DNA from: Blastocystis sp. subtype 4
Taxonomy: Eukaryota
Assembly: GCF_000743755.1 (NCBI RefSeq)
Contig: NW_014569459.1
Coordinates: forward strand, 1 to 34,464
Direction of reading: 5' to 3'
DNA length: 34,464 nt
The position numbers and the translations under genes were made by a program. Positions 13,187-25,066 of the stretch are shown here, one piece after another (position 1 is the stretch's first letter; every line of letters begins with the position of its first letter). Below the pieces are notes generated by a model, which had not been told where the DNA came from, did not search any database, and was given only the letters and a program-made list of their open reading frames with translations.

Positions 13187-14102
13187 ATGAAAAACCGCGG
13201 GAATATGTATCTTCTTTGTATGCAATCTTATTCTCTTCAGACATATGAATCAATTCAATCTCCTTTCCGAAGACAGGAGAACATATGAATCCTATTTCCA
13301 CGAAGTCTTCTCAACAGATTGGGGAGCTGATGACAGAAGGAGATATGATCTGCGTTTCCTCGATGTTCCTTGTTCTATAGGTATTGTTCCGATTGTTGAT
13401 CCTTTTTTTATCCCTGTATTAGTTGATCTATCACAATTGAGGGATAACCAACCCCTCCAACTATCCGAATCCTATGGTACACATGCTGCACCTGTTGGAT
13501 TAGAGACAATTGCTCCTGAGGTAAAACAATCTCCCTACTGTCAAGTAATGCTGGATGCGTTGCAGCAAACAGTAATCCCTGAAGTACCTCAGACTGATCC
13601 AGAAACTGTTATTGCATCCTTTTTGAGTGTAAATGAGATTACTCCTTCATTGGAGTTCTTTTCGAATGATGTTATCTATTATAACAACGGGATTATTGAG
13701 CGTCCTAGAGACATTGCAATTCCCAATCCAGTTTCCGCTGATGGGGTGTACGTTAATGATAGCGAGAGTGATCCCGACGTGGAATTGGAGTATAGAGTAG
13801 AACATGGCGACGACCTTGCCATTCAGGGAGAACGTGAAGAGATGGTTTGTGAATCTCTGTAGGTGTGCTTGGGAGTAATGAATCATAGAAAAAACTATGC
13901 TTGTCCAGTATGCTACGATTCTCCCATTTCACCTGTATCAACTATTTGTGGACATGTATTTTGTCAGAAGTGTATCAAGCGTCTATTTATGGTTGGAGTG
14001 ATTGCAAAGTCTGATAAATAGTCCAATTCCATTTCATGGAAGTGTCCTCAGTGTAGAAAACCACTGTTACCTACGGACTATCATCCTCTCTACTTACCTT
14101 AG
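13187..14102 (+). CDS. C3HC4 RING E3 ligase, RNF4/Slx8-like
   Basis: Spliced C-terminus CPVCYDSPISPVSTICGHVFCQKCIKRL...WKCPQCRK...YHPLYLP*, with an intron at 13859-13888 and one more ~30-nt intron. TGTTTGTT at 14125-14132. Start codon uncertain. Confidence 0.8.
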
Positions 14103-14472
14103 TGTTATCTTTTATCTGTGTGGATGTTTGTTGAAATCAGATTTAATACATCCAACTGGAATCTAGGGACAAAGTATCGAAGACATATCAAATAGTCTTC
14201 TGCTAAATCCATAGATATCCCGTGGGTAATGGAAACAAGATACTATACTTTAGTATTGCTTATATTTTTATGAGTTCTGTATCCGTGACTTCAGGATCTA
14301 GACAGCGAAGTCAATCCTTATTTGTTTGTCCTCCTGCTGTAGGAAGAGTGAATATTTACATAACCATCAGAACCTACGGCACATCGACAAAGCGAGAGAA
14401 CTGTACTATCGACAATTAGGAATCAATCTTGCCGTTTGCGAGTTCTTTGGACTTGATTTATAGAATTCTAAA

Positions 14473-14856
14473 ATGGCGGAGAGTGAAAAGAATAGCGTAG
14501 ACGAAACATGTTCTCACATGGATGATGATCCTTGCTTGAAACGATCCAAATCGATCGATATTATCAAGGAGTTGGAAAAGTTAATTGTTCATAAGCCTTA
14601 GACCCAGATTTCATCGACTTGCAACCACAAACCGTGGATTTACTGAAGATAGTATTGTTGGATCGTAAATAACTGATATATAGTGGCATTTTGTACTGAT
14701 GTTATTGGATCATATGATGTGAGGGGAAAACCAGAAACGGTTGAATCTCCTACACCAAGAGATAGTGTAGGGTATTCAGGTCAGATCTGAGGGTAGTTTG
14801 TTCCGCCGCATCTTGCGCAGTATTCGAGTTCAGATGACTCATACTTGTCACTATAA
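14473..14856 (+). CDS. Small hypothetical protein (96 aa, 4 exons), absent from the ORF track
   Basis: Exons 14473-14570, 14602-14651, 14684-14766 and 14797-14856 join in frame over GT-AG introns of 31, 32 and 30 nt. TGTTTGTA at 14886-14893. Confidence 0.65.
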
Positions 14857-14999
14857 TGATATGCTACAAAAATTGCAGACTATACTGTTTGTAGATTGTG
14901 TATGTACACTCTTGTAGGTTATTTCAATCTTACTTTCTGTTTTTTTAATTATCATACGTTCCGATATATAGAACAATCATATAATAGGATTTCACTTGA

Positions 15000-16115
15000 A
15001 TGAATACCAGTCAGGACTCACCAATCATCCTTATTGCAGGTCAGGAGAAGTGTGGTAAGAGTAGTATTGTGGATGTCGTGTTCAAACGGATGTCCGTCTA
15101 TAAGACGTTTTTCTTGGATACAACAGCGTCTCTGAAGAAGTACACATCCAATATGAATCCCTTTCTGGAATACAATGTGTGGGAACTGCCGAGTGATAGG
15201 AATGAAATCAGGGAAGAGATGGCGAATATTAAACCCTTCATTAGTCGTATAGCAGTCCTTATATATGTTTTCAATCTCGAAGTTTGTCACTTGTGAGTTG
15301 GTGTTATTTCTAGAATTCTAACAATAAATATGAAACTTTTTCGAATCATGACGTAAATGGACTTATTGAGATTCTTTCTATGATGGCCGAAGCAAAAGAT
15401 CTTCATCTTTCTGTCTTCTTCCATAAATCTGATATTTCACTAACAACGGAACAGCAGAATGGTACCTTTGGTGCTGATCTTCTCACTTCTAGCATATCAG
15501 AAAGCTATCCAAACATTCATCAACGAGCAAATCACCGAAATTGATATTCACCTCTCAACATATTTCTGTCGCACATCCATTTATGATAACTCGATTTTCG
15601 ATGGCATTAGCAAGTGTATTCAACGTATTCTCCCTCGACGCAGTAGTGTCCAGAATCTCTTAAATTCACTGTCGCAAAGTTGCAATATGGACAAAGTTTA
15701 CCTCTTTGATACATTCAGCAAGTTATGCATCGCTATGGATAGTTCTCCAAATGAATCGGGTCTTTATGAACTCTGTAGTGATAGTATTGATGTTGTATTT
15801 GAGTTGGTGAACATTTATTGCAAACCTAGAGCTAGTAATCTGGGAACTGCCGGAACGTTAGGAGAAATACTCGAACAAGATGAAACGAAGAATTCGTTTC
15901 CGATTATTTCATCGATTACGTATGTATGTTGAGAGAGTGTGAGTATAGATTGGAAAAGGGAAAAAGGAAGTATATGGTTCATTTTTATCAGGCTATTCGC
16001 AATATTGCCTTTGTGTGTGTAATTCGTGAAGAGAATTTTGATAAGATGGGTTTAATTAAGTACAATTTGGGTCGTGTTTCGGAGTGTCTGAAGGAACTGT
16101 ATAAACAAGAAGAGT
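15000..16115 (+). CDS. RRAGC: Rag GTPase RagC/D (Gtr2); stop probably created by polyadenylation at 16115 (genomic stop otherwise at 16153)
   Basis: P-loop GQEKCGKSSI, TFFLDTT, TSIYDNSIF, YLFDTFSKLCIAMDSSP and YELCSDSIDVV are RagC/D signatures. Confidence 0.92.
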
Positions 16116-16119
16116 TACT

Positions 16120-16127
16120 TGTTTGTT
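16120..16127 (+). terminator. TGTTTGTT polyadenylation signal inside the apparent RagC/D ORF
   Basis: Exact octamer, with an in-frame T at position -5 (16115). Confidence 0.75.
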
Positions 16128-16149
16128 TAAAGGAAACACAAAAAGGAAG

Positions 16150-17908
16150 ATAAAGATACGGATGAATAAGGTGATATTGTTCTAATTGAGATTTTGGGTA
16201 ATACTGTAGAAGTCGTTTGATCACTTCAACATTAATGATCTGATACTCTTCTTTCAATAGAACCGTAATTTGGAGAGCATCGTCGACTCGATTCGCTTCT
16301 AAAAGAGCAAGTGGAAACTGTTTGGCTTCCAACCATTTCTGTTGATCTGTCAACTGTCTCCGCATCACCTTTGTCTCACATTAGTATATCACTCTTACTT
16401 GTTCAATGTGATTCAATGATGGTAATGCATTGATCGCATTCTGAAGACGTTGCTGAGATGAAGGTGAAGCTGATTTGCATAGTTCTGTCCAGCATTCTTC
16501 AATCCATGTTTCAGGCGTCTTCTCCTTCATTTCTATCTCCACAGTCTCTTTCGTATCAATTTCTCTTTCTTCTTCAGTGTCATTTTCCTCTTCTTGCTTC
16601 TTTGTCAGCCATTCTTCAAATGAATGACTTCCTCCAACTGATGTCAATACTTCTTCACGACGTAACGAGGTAGGGAAACACAAAAGATAACCCATTTTGA
16701 GTTCTGTACAGTCTGTACTTAGTAATGTATTGACACAGGACTGTTCTTCCACGATACTCAGATGAATCGAACATGATGCCAATCGTCTCCATAGAGAGAG
16801 AGGAATGGATTGAACTGATTTAATTGCAAACTATATATGAAATTCATCTTTGAAACGAACAAATTTGAAGAATTCACTGATTTGAACATCCCGAAAGGCT
16901 TTGTTTTGTTCAATAAAAGATACAATTTCTGGAATAGCTGAAGTGTCACTGAATCGGGTTTTCAAGAGTGCCTGAGTAAAAGCACGCATAACCACTTCAT
17001 CCCCCTTGTCATATTCAATTGAGATACTTCTACACGTCATAAGATCACGAAAAAATTACCTTGAAATAAAATAACAAAGAGATTCACAAAGATAAGGAGT
17101 AAGATGAGACTTGTTCATATTGGGGGCTAGAAGACATAAGTACTTGTATAGTTCCCATACAGACACTTTACAATTCGCTGAAGCAAATGAAAGGATCTTA
17201 TCATTCAGAATTCTCTGCATGTGATAGGCCGATAAGTCGCGGGGATTCACAATTGTTAGCAGAGCAATCACCATATCACTACTGCGTGTTCCCACATAAT
17301 CAAGACATAATATAAGGAATTCTCGAGATATCGAATAGTTCAATCGTAACATCTGCTTTGTGATATTCAAACACAAACGTTCATAATCCTTGTAAAGTAA
17401 TAGAGATGAAAGGAATCGTTCGTATGTAACCTTTGTCAACGTTTGGGAAGATCCAGTTAAGGAATGATACAAGGATACAACGCAATCAACCCTTCTGAGT
17501 CGAGAATACTGGTCAATCGCACAATTTATCACAGAGCTATCATAGCCAGCAACAGATTGATAATAATCCAAAATCTCTTGAAGAAGAGAGACATTGCGAA
17601 TACTACCACTCTTTTGAATGAGACGAGTTACCGAAAAACTGCTGATTCCGTTTTCGCTGGCTTTAAGAGTATTGAAGACGTTTCTCAACTCTTCTTCCGT
17701 TACTATCTTCTTGATCATATTTGTTACTTCAGAGATCATCTTTCTATTAGATTTCCAATCTTTTTCTCACAAATCGTTTTGGGCTCGTCGGACTCAGTCT
17801 GGGAAGTGTTTCTGTCGAATAACATCGTGCTCTAGAACAACTAATCCTATTTGCTTATATTCCTTTCATTACTTGTTACCATGACTTTGTTCGAACGCCC
17901 AGACCCAT
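16150..17908 (-). CDS. PPR-like helical-repeat protein with a probable mitochondrion-related-organelle presequence; 3' end uncertain
   Basis: Spliced N-terminus MGLGVRTKSWISCSRARCYSTE is Arg/Ser-rich with an R-x-Y-S motif. PPR-like segments include VINCAIDQYSRLRRVDCVVSLYHSL. Several ~30-nt introns. Confidence 0.5.
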
Positions 17909-17978
17909 AGAACCAATTGGACATCGGTAGGATAGTCGTCTCGACACACTAGTTGCCTTTCGAACAAACATCAATGCA

Positions 17979-20617
17979 TTACTTCTTTCTAGATTTCCCT
18001 TTTTTCTTTGCCCGTTCTAGTTTCCTTCTCTGTCGATTCTCCTGTTGCTGTTTATAGTACTGGAGCAACAATTTTTGATTTTGTAGTTCTTCAGCACTCA
18101 TTCTACCTATCAACTTACACCACAATAATCACTCCATCCATCCAGACACATCTTCATCCACCATAGCGGCAACATCCAAATGATTCTCCGGTTCCTCTTC
18201 CGAACTGCTCTCTCCCAATTGCATGGATAACTGAGACATTGTAGTATTGAAACTTCCTGTTCGTGTAGACATCACTGCTCCCTTTGTCACTACCTTGAAC
18301 CCATCCTGGACTGGTTTCTTCTCATTGTGTTGAACCTTTGGCTCTTCGGGAAGTGATACTGCCGGGACTGTAATTATCTTCTTTGTTTTTCGTTTCTTCT
18401 TTTTTTTCGTATTTGACTGATCTGAATGAAACTCCCATTCTTCAAGAGAAGGAGGATTCTGATTTGCGATTTGCTCAATCCGTGATTGAACTGCTGTTAA
18501 GCTAGTTTCCTTCAATTGACACTGCCTAGCTAGTGATACATATTCGAGAAACTCTTTCTGCCCATCATTCCAACACATGTCCACCTACAACAAAAATCAA
18601 TCTTTGTTCCATCTGAATACACTCTTCATAGCTAATTGGACCATTTTGCAATTTCAATACAATTTGATTACATCGTTCAATTCGCTTCCTTAATGATCTT
18701 AACCGCTTATAAACGATTTGGATCACATCTTCAGCGCTTTCGATCGTCAACCCAGAGGATGAGGCATTCTCCGAACGATACTGCTTTAAGGGAGGTAGTG
18801 AGGAGAAGAAGGGAAGAAACATTGATAAGAATGATGGATAGTAGAGAGATATCTCCAAAATGCTGTTCATCATGAAGGAGATTGCTTTGGCTTGGAGAAC
18901 AGGCTGCGAGTATTTCTAATCATCAGATCGTTGCAACTCATGTCACACCTTCAATATTGGGAGTATTTTTGGTATAGATGAAATCATCCCATTTTTGACC
19001 CAATTCTTCAGAAAACACTCTAAAAGCGTAGAAGACGGCTCACTGATCCAAATTCTATCTTCTTTCGAGATATTGCGGAGAATTCGACAAAACATACCAG
19101 TCTGACTATTCCCTCCAACAATTTCCAGATTTCCTGCCAAATTTTGGATCAGTCCATCTGATTCAACCTGAAGGAAGGGGACCTGCTTTTTCGAGCCAAT
19201 CAAGTATCTGCCTCTCATTCTCCACAATTAAACTCACCTCAATCCATTCTCACTTTGAGCAATACAGACACTCTGAAAGAGCTCGATTTGAACGATGCGG
19301 ATTCCATTGAGCAAACTGTAAATGCATCCTGGCAGAACACTTGAAGGGAAAATGCTCTTCACATTTGCAGAGTGAGAACAAGTTGAATCCGTGAAATAGT
19401 GGAATGCAAACACTTGTCCCGAATTTGTCAATATAACATCAAATCCATCAATACAGAGGATTTGAACAATATCAAGTGATACATAACAGAGCGTATTCAC
19501 CTTGGTGGGATGAGAAATGCATTTTCCCTTCTCATCATGATTCTGTCTGTAGAAAGGCCAGTAGTAAACACCATCCTCGCAAACTACGCAATTCTGATTA
19601 AGATGACAATGGATTTGATAGGCACGAGGAATTGCCAACATTACGGGTTCTGCTACAATTGGTTTATCTGTATCTGGAATCTGACCAGATGAATTCTGGC
19701 CAAATCCAAAGACGTGTCCTTCATCATCAAGGACAAGAGTGTGATGGGAACCACAACTGACTTGAACAATAGGTCGTTTAAATGGAATTGAACTAACCAT
19801 GAAAATGAGAGAAGAAACAAACTTGAAATGATAACCCGATTCTGCACAATAGACATTTCCTTCAATATCAACAACCACAATGTGATCTTCTCCCATTGCC
19901 ATATTCCTGATTGGCGAACGAAAGGGGATTGGGTGAATGGAAAGGAGATTCAGACGAGGATGTGAAGAATAGAGAACATTGCTTGAAACGAATATAAAAC
20001 GTTTGGAATTGACTGTACAGTGACTTACATCACGAAACTTGGCATTGAAGGCGTTTATATTAGATTTCAATTGTTTATCTGTCATCTCAAATCCACCTTG
20101 TTTTGTTAATACCATAAGACTATCGTATTCTTGTTCTTCAGGATGGACGAAACAGAAACGGTTGGAAAGATGAAGGAGAAGCCGATTTAGATTTGGATAA
20201 GATGCAAGAAGCAAGATAAACACTAGGATTAACACAATCCCACTTTCAAACCTCTCCAACTCTCGTTTTTGTATGCAACATCACATGCAGAATAGTTCAT
20301 CTAATTGAAAACAAGAAACGAATCGTACTGCATCTTCTTTCAAGGGACACACATTCTGTTGGATTAAATACTTGGCGCAGTTAATAGCATCATACTGAGC
20401 TCCAAATTATATATTCAAATCCATTCATACCTGCCAGATGAAGTAATCCTTGATCATAGGCATTTGTATATTCTGAAGGAGATATTTGCTTTTTAGACAC
20501 CACATCCATAAGCATATCAACGTCATCCCTTTGAAAGATCGATGACAAGGAATCATTCCTTGGATTGTATTTATTTAGGACCTCCGAAAACCGAATGAGA
20601 AGCTCTTCTGCTTTCAT
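17979..20617 (-). CDS. Ankyrin-repeat + RCC1-repeat protein (IBTK-like architecture)
   Basis: Ankyrin motif GLLHLAAQYDAINCAKYLI after splicing. RCC1 motif IVQVSCGSHHTLVLDDEGHVFGFGQNSSGQ. In-frame splicing continues through ORFs 18943-19227, 18565-18873 and 18129-18584 to ...KKGKSRKK-TAA (17981-17979). TGTTTGTT at 17970-17963. Confidence 0.75.
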
Positions 20618-20675
20618 GGTCTGTAACACAAAAGTGTCCTGATGCAACAAACATGTATTCCATCGTACACGAACT

Positions 20676-23600
20676 TCATATTTTAATGACTTTGGCAGGA
20701 CCCACTTTCTTCGATTCATCCTTGATGAAGAGACACTGCTCCCAAGATACATTCCTAGGCCTAACAATACACCTCTACACTTACGCTCCTCTATAATTCA
20801 CATCCAGCAGGTTAAATAGATTGGTTCCTCCAATAAATGGTTTATCCATAACCAGTTCGACTCGATGCGAGGTAGGATGCACAGCTACTACAAACCCATA
20901 AGAACCAATCGGAAGATCATTTCCTCCAACAATCACTACACGATCACCGATCGAAGGAACCACTGAGAAACATTCGGTTAACGATGCTGTATAACCATCT
21001 CGCTCCCAATATGCAATTTGATTGGACGAACACTCCAGAACACAATTAATTGGTTTTGAAGATTCTCTTGCCATTACGTCTCCTGTCTTCGCCAAAAGAG
21101 AAGCCTGTTTCGGAGTGGCACAGATTCCATATTGGTCCATGAACGGTTCGTTATGATACGGAAGATCATTTACATACTTCTCCACTTCGCGTACAAATGA
21201 AATATTCCCATCAAAAAGATCTTGTAATGAGGATGAACTATCCGAATCACGAATCCTTTCGAACACCCAAGGATAACGATTCTTATAGTCCATCATAAGA
21301 TGTAAAGCAGGATTCGAAAAGCAGATTTCCTTCATATAGAAATTATCTGGTTCTAACAATGAATCGTATGTAACTCCAATTGGACAAAATGGAAGAGAAA
21401 ACTTCTGTTTCTCCGAATAGTGAATCTGAGAATGTAATCTACATTGTGTATATTCTAAATAGTACAATTAACTCATTCTTACTTGGAATCATTCGATCAC
21501 GATCATACAAACGCAAACCAATATTTCGCTTACGACCCTCATCATCATAAACGGGATAATACCCAGTTATCTTTAAGATGCCTCTTGACGATAATCCTAA
21601 GATGGGGCGCAGTTCATCCACAGTGTACCATTTTTCAGCTGGTACGTGACTTAATACTTTGTGGCCCAGACCGGTATTCACAGGGATTGAATGAAGATGA
21701 ATAATTGCTTTGTTTTGTTCGATACGCTCAACTACACCAAGTCCTCCCATGGCGCAATTCTTGCCGATTATGTTGGTTCCCAAAAACACCACAACTTCAT
21801 TTGGAGCCAAGCGCTCTGCCAGACACTGATTCTGCTTGGCAGAAAGATGAGGATCACAAATAGTATCCACAGGGGTGACAAGTTGGAGGGGTAACAATAG
21901 CTGATCAGTAGCATATCGATAGGTTAGGGTTGCTGTCACAGGGTCACGGCGCATTCCAACAATCGGGCGGATTACTGACAATACCGGGATATCATCCAAT
22001 TTTGTTCCTCCAAGTCCAATCTCATTCATTCGTCCAATCAGTGCCTCACTTAGCATTCGTTGCATTAAGTCAGTAATTGCTTCTTTCTCATCAGATGGAA
22101 GCCAACGAGGCTGACTCATACCAACAGTCAGATCCAGAAATTGAGTTGGTGTGTACAGACCCTCAATCCGACCATATCGAGTCTGTGAGCTGTATGTGAT
22201 AAGTCGCATGGAACAATTGTCAGCTAATTGAAGAAGAATTGGAAGTGTGAGGTACTTCAAAGGCAGACGAGGAGGAATCTACATCATAACATGAGAACAA
22301 TGGTACATGAATGCAAATGGTGGGTTGTTTGCCAATTCGGCCTGTATTCAAAATATGAACTAATTCTGTTGTTACGTCCTCTGGATGAGACTTTAAATCC
22401 AAACAAGAGGTTCCTGGAAGAGTTTTCAAATGAAGAACATTTTCTTGTTTTCCCCGCGGTTCTGGACAATGGAAGATATAAACAGAACATCGATCCTGAA
22501 CTTCAGGCAACAAGGTAGAAGAGAAAGGTGGCTGGAACACAATTCCAGTATTCTGAAATTCCTCTGAATATTGGAATAATCGAGCTGGTTTTAATGTATT
22601 TCGATCCTTCTCTTCTTCAGAGAGATTCTGATTACACTGGGATTGACTAACAGCATTCTTCAATGCATCTTCTTCGATAAACGGAATCAAATTCACTCCT
22701 TCCCATGGGTTCACTTTGTTGTTCATATCAATAGCAAATTCCCGTGGGTAGAATTGAATGATTGGAGAATTATCATCCAAAACAAGTGATTGATAGGAAT
22801 GAGGAAGAAGTGCGGCTGACTGAGGAGGAAGACATCCTAACTGTTGCATGAATGGAGTATAAGGTGCATGTAGAGTGAATGGAGTATAAGTCCTTGATAT
22901 AAGTACAGAAATGCAAAATATACATATGGTAATTAGCAAGATCACTTGCTAATGGAGCATAGTGATATGGATAGTACCATGACCAAGATATAACACCACG
23001 ATAATAATATGAATATATCCATTGTAACCCTTCATAATAACTATGACATATTTGATTTAGAATCTGTTGATTCTCTATGAAATGAAACTAATACAACTGT
23101 TGATACCTGGTAATTTTACATTCAATTTATCAAAATAGTAATAATCACGGAAGTTATTATATCGCTGATCACCTAATTCTTTCAACATGTAGACATCGGT
23201 CTTGATAATTGGTAATCCACCTGGAATACATTCTATTGGGTTTGGATTCTATTGTATAATGACAAAATAACGAGAAATACTGGAGGTGAACTATGGCGAC
23301 CACCACTTCGATTTCGACGCTGTTTTTCAGCCTGGCTCCGTTCATGAAATACCTCTGATTCAATTTCACCTAATTTGGAGAAGAGAATCTTGAGAATAGG
23401 AAGAACTGGTTTGGCATCTTCTATAAAAAACCCGTGCACTTTTGAAATGATGTCTCTAAGGGAATATCCTTCAATCAATTGTACTTATAGAGATTTACAA
23501 TGAGTTGGATACTACCTTCGTTAATATCGAGAGAAGGTAATTCAGGAAGGAAATCATCACCCAATAGAATCATGAGAAACACGAAGTCATCAATTAATCG

Positions 23601-24449
23601 TTCCTTATCGATTTCTAACATCCAGCTATTGTCAGTTGGAGTTAAATCATACAGAAGATAGGTTCGAAGAGCAGCGATGTGCAATACTTGCCATGTACTC
23701 TATCGGAACAACGAAAATGTATTACATACCTTCGCTACGGCACGATCGTCAATCTTTTGGTTGTCAGCAAAAGAAAAGAAATTAATGATTTCTCGCAACA
23801 GAATAATATTCACGTCATGCAGTGACAACGATAGAAGAATTAGATCAGCATCCAATCCATAGATACAATGACGTTCGTTGCTGTTATAGTTAGGATCAGT
23901 CACCAAACCACGGATAAACTTCATAATCTTGTGTTCTCCCTCACCGGGATCACTGTGAGATGAGTACACGACCTTTGTGTTCCTCCACAAAGGATCCTCC
24001 GAAATCTTTTTATGAATCATATACTCCAGGACCTTATCCACTTTATACATAAATTCAGTACCTGGAGTAATGCAATTGGAATCAAACACTTTCCCATGAT
24101 AATCCTGTTCAATAGCTTCATTCATTGCATCGAGTGCTGCTCGATATCGACGAGAACGCTGCTGGTTGAGCTTTGCTCGCGGAGCAACGCCATCCACAGC
24201 AATAAACAGCAACTTCCTGGGTTGGATTTGCTTGAAAATGTTACAGATATAACCCATGATGTAGACAGCCACAGACTCGTCAGATCTCACTCCTTGGGTA
24301 ATGGAGTCTCCATGAGTCGCATTGTGAATTACACCATTCAAATCAAGATACAAATAATCACAAGAAGGAAGATACTGGGGAGAAGTAACAATCTCGTTAA
24401 TCTGAGGATATCTCTCCGAAAGATAGCGATAAAACTTTGGAATTCCCAT
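20676..24449 (-). CDS. XRN1: 5'-3' exoribonuclease 1
   Basis: MGIPKFYRYLSERYP, YLYLDLNGVIH, AVDGVAPRAK, FDSNCITPGT, PGEGEHKIM, YGLDADL, and a C-terminal XRN1-type SH3-like region (SIGDRVV...DKPFIGG). Last intron 20784-20755, TGA at 20678-20676. Confidence 0.96.
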
Positions 24450-25066
24450 TCTGATAAATTCTGGCTGCTACTATGAAACCAATGGGATAATCTCTATTAA
24501 GTGAAGTATGCAACATTTAACCAAAGATTGTAAATCTGAGTGAATATTGTTGTTACACCCTTCTCTTGGTCTACTTCCTAAGATTACGAAAAACTGTAGA
24601 TACTATTATGGACAGGAGTTGTGGAGTGCTATGTTCATTTAAGAAGAGGATAATGAATAGATCTGCATCAATGATACAGATCTTTGTAGCAGCTATCAAT
24701 TCATTTTGCTTGTAATTTCGGTCCTTCTTAAATTCATTTATCACACAAACAATTTGGTGTAGTGTATTTGGAGCAGATTCGTTGAATCTTCTCAGATCTA
24801 ATTTATCAAATGATTTTATCTCAGGTCAACATGTATCTATCCTTCTACGTGAAAGAAACACAAACATCAACAACCAAATCATCCAACTGACAAGACCAAC
24901 TACATCCTTACCTCCTCCTATCCGTGATACGAAAGGATTTGCAGAATGGAATTCTAGAACATCATGAGGTAGAAACTCGAAAAACCGCGGTTCTAAACTG
25001 GGGAAACTGTTGCATGTATAAGATCTTCCATATTTTCTTTGTAAGCTTCTTGTTTTTTGTGACATA

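Noticed and set aside
20390..20767. 125-aa ORF as a single exon
   Set aside because: Chimeric: its first part is an off-frame reading of XRN1's last exon and 3' UTR; the ankyrin gene starts at ATG 20617.
100..24449. Functional RNA-decay cluster (TRF4 and XRN1)
   Set aside because: The genes are about 19 kb apart with many unrelated genes between; consistent with chance.
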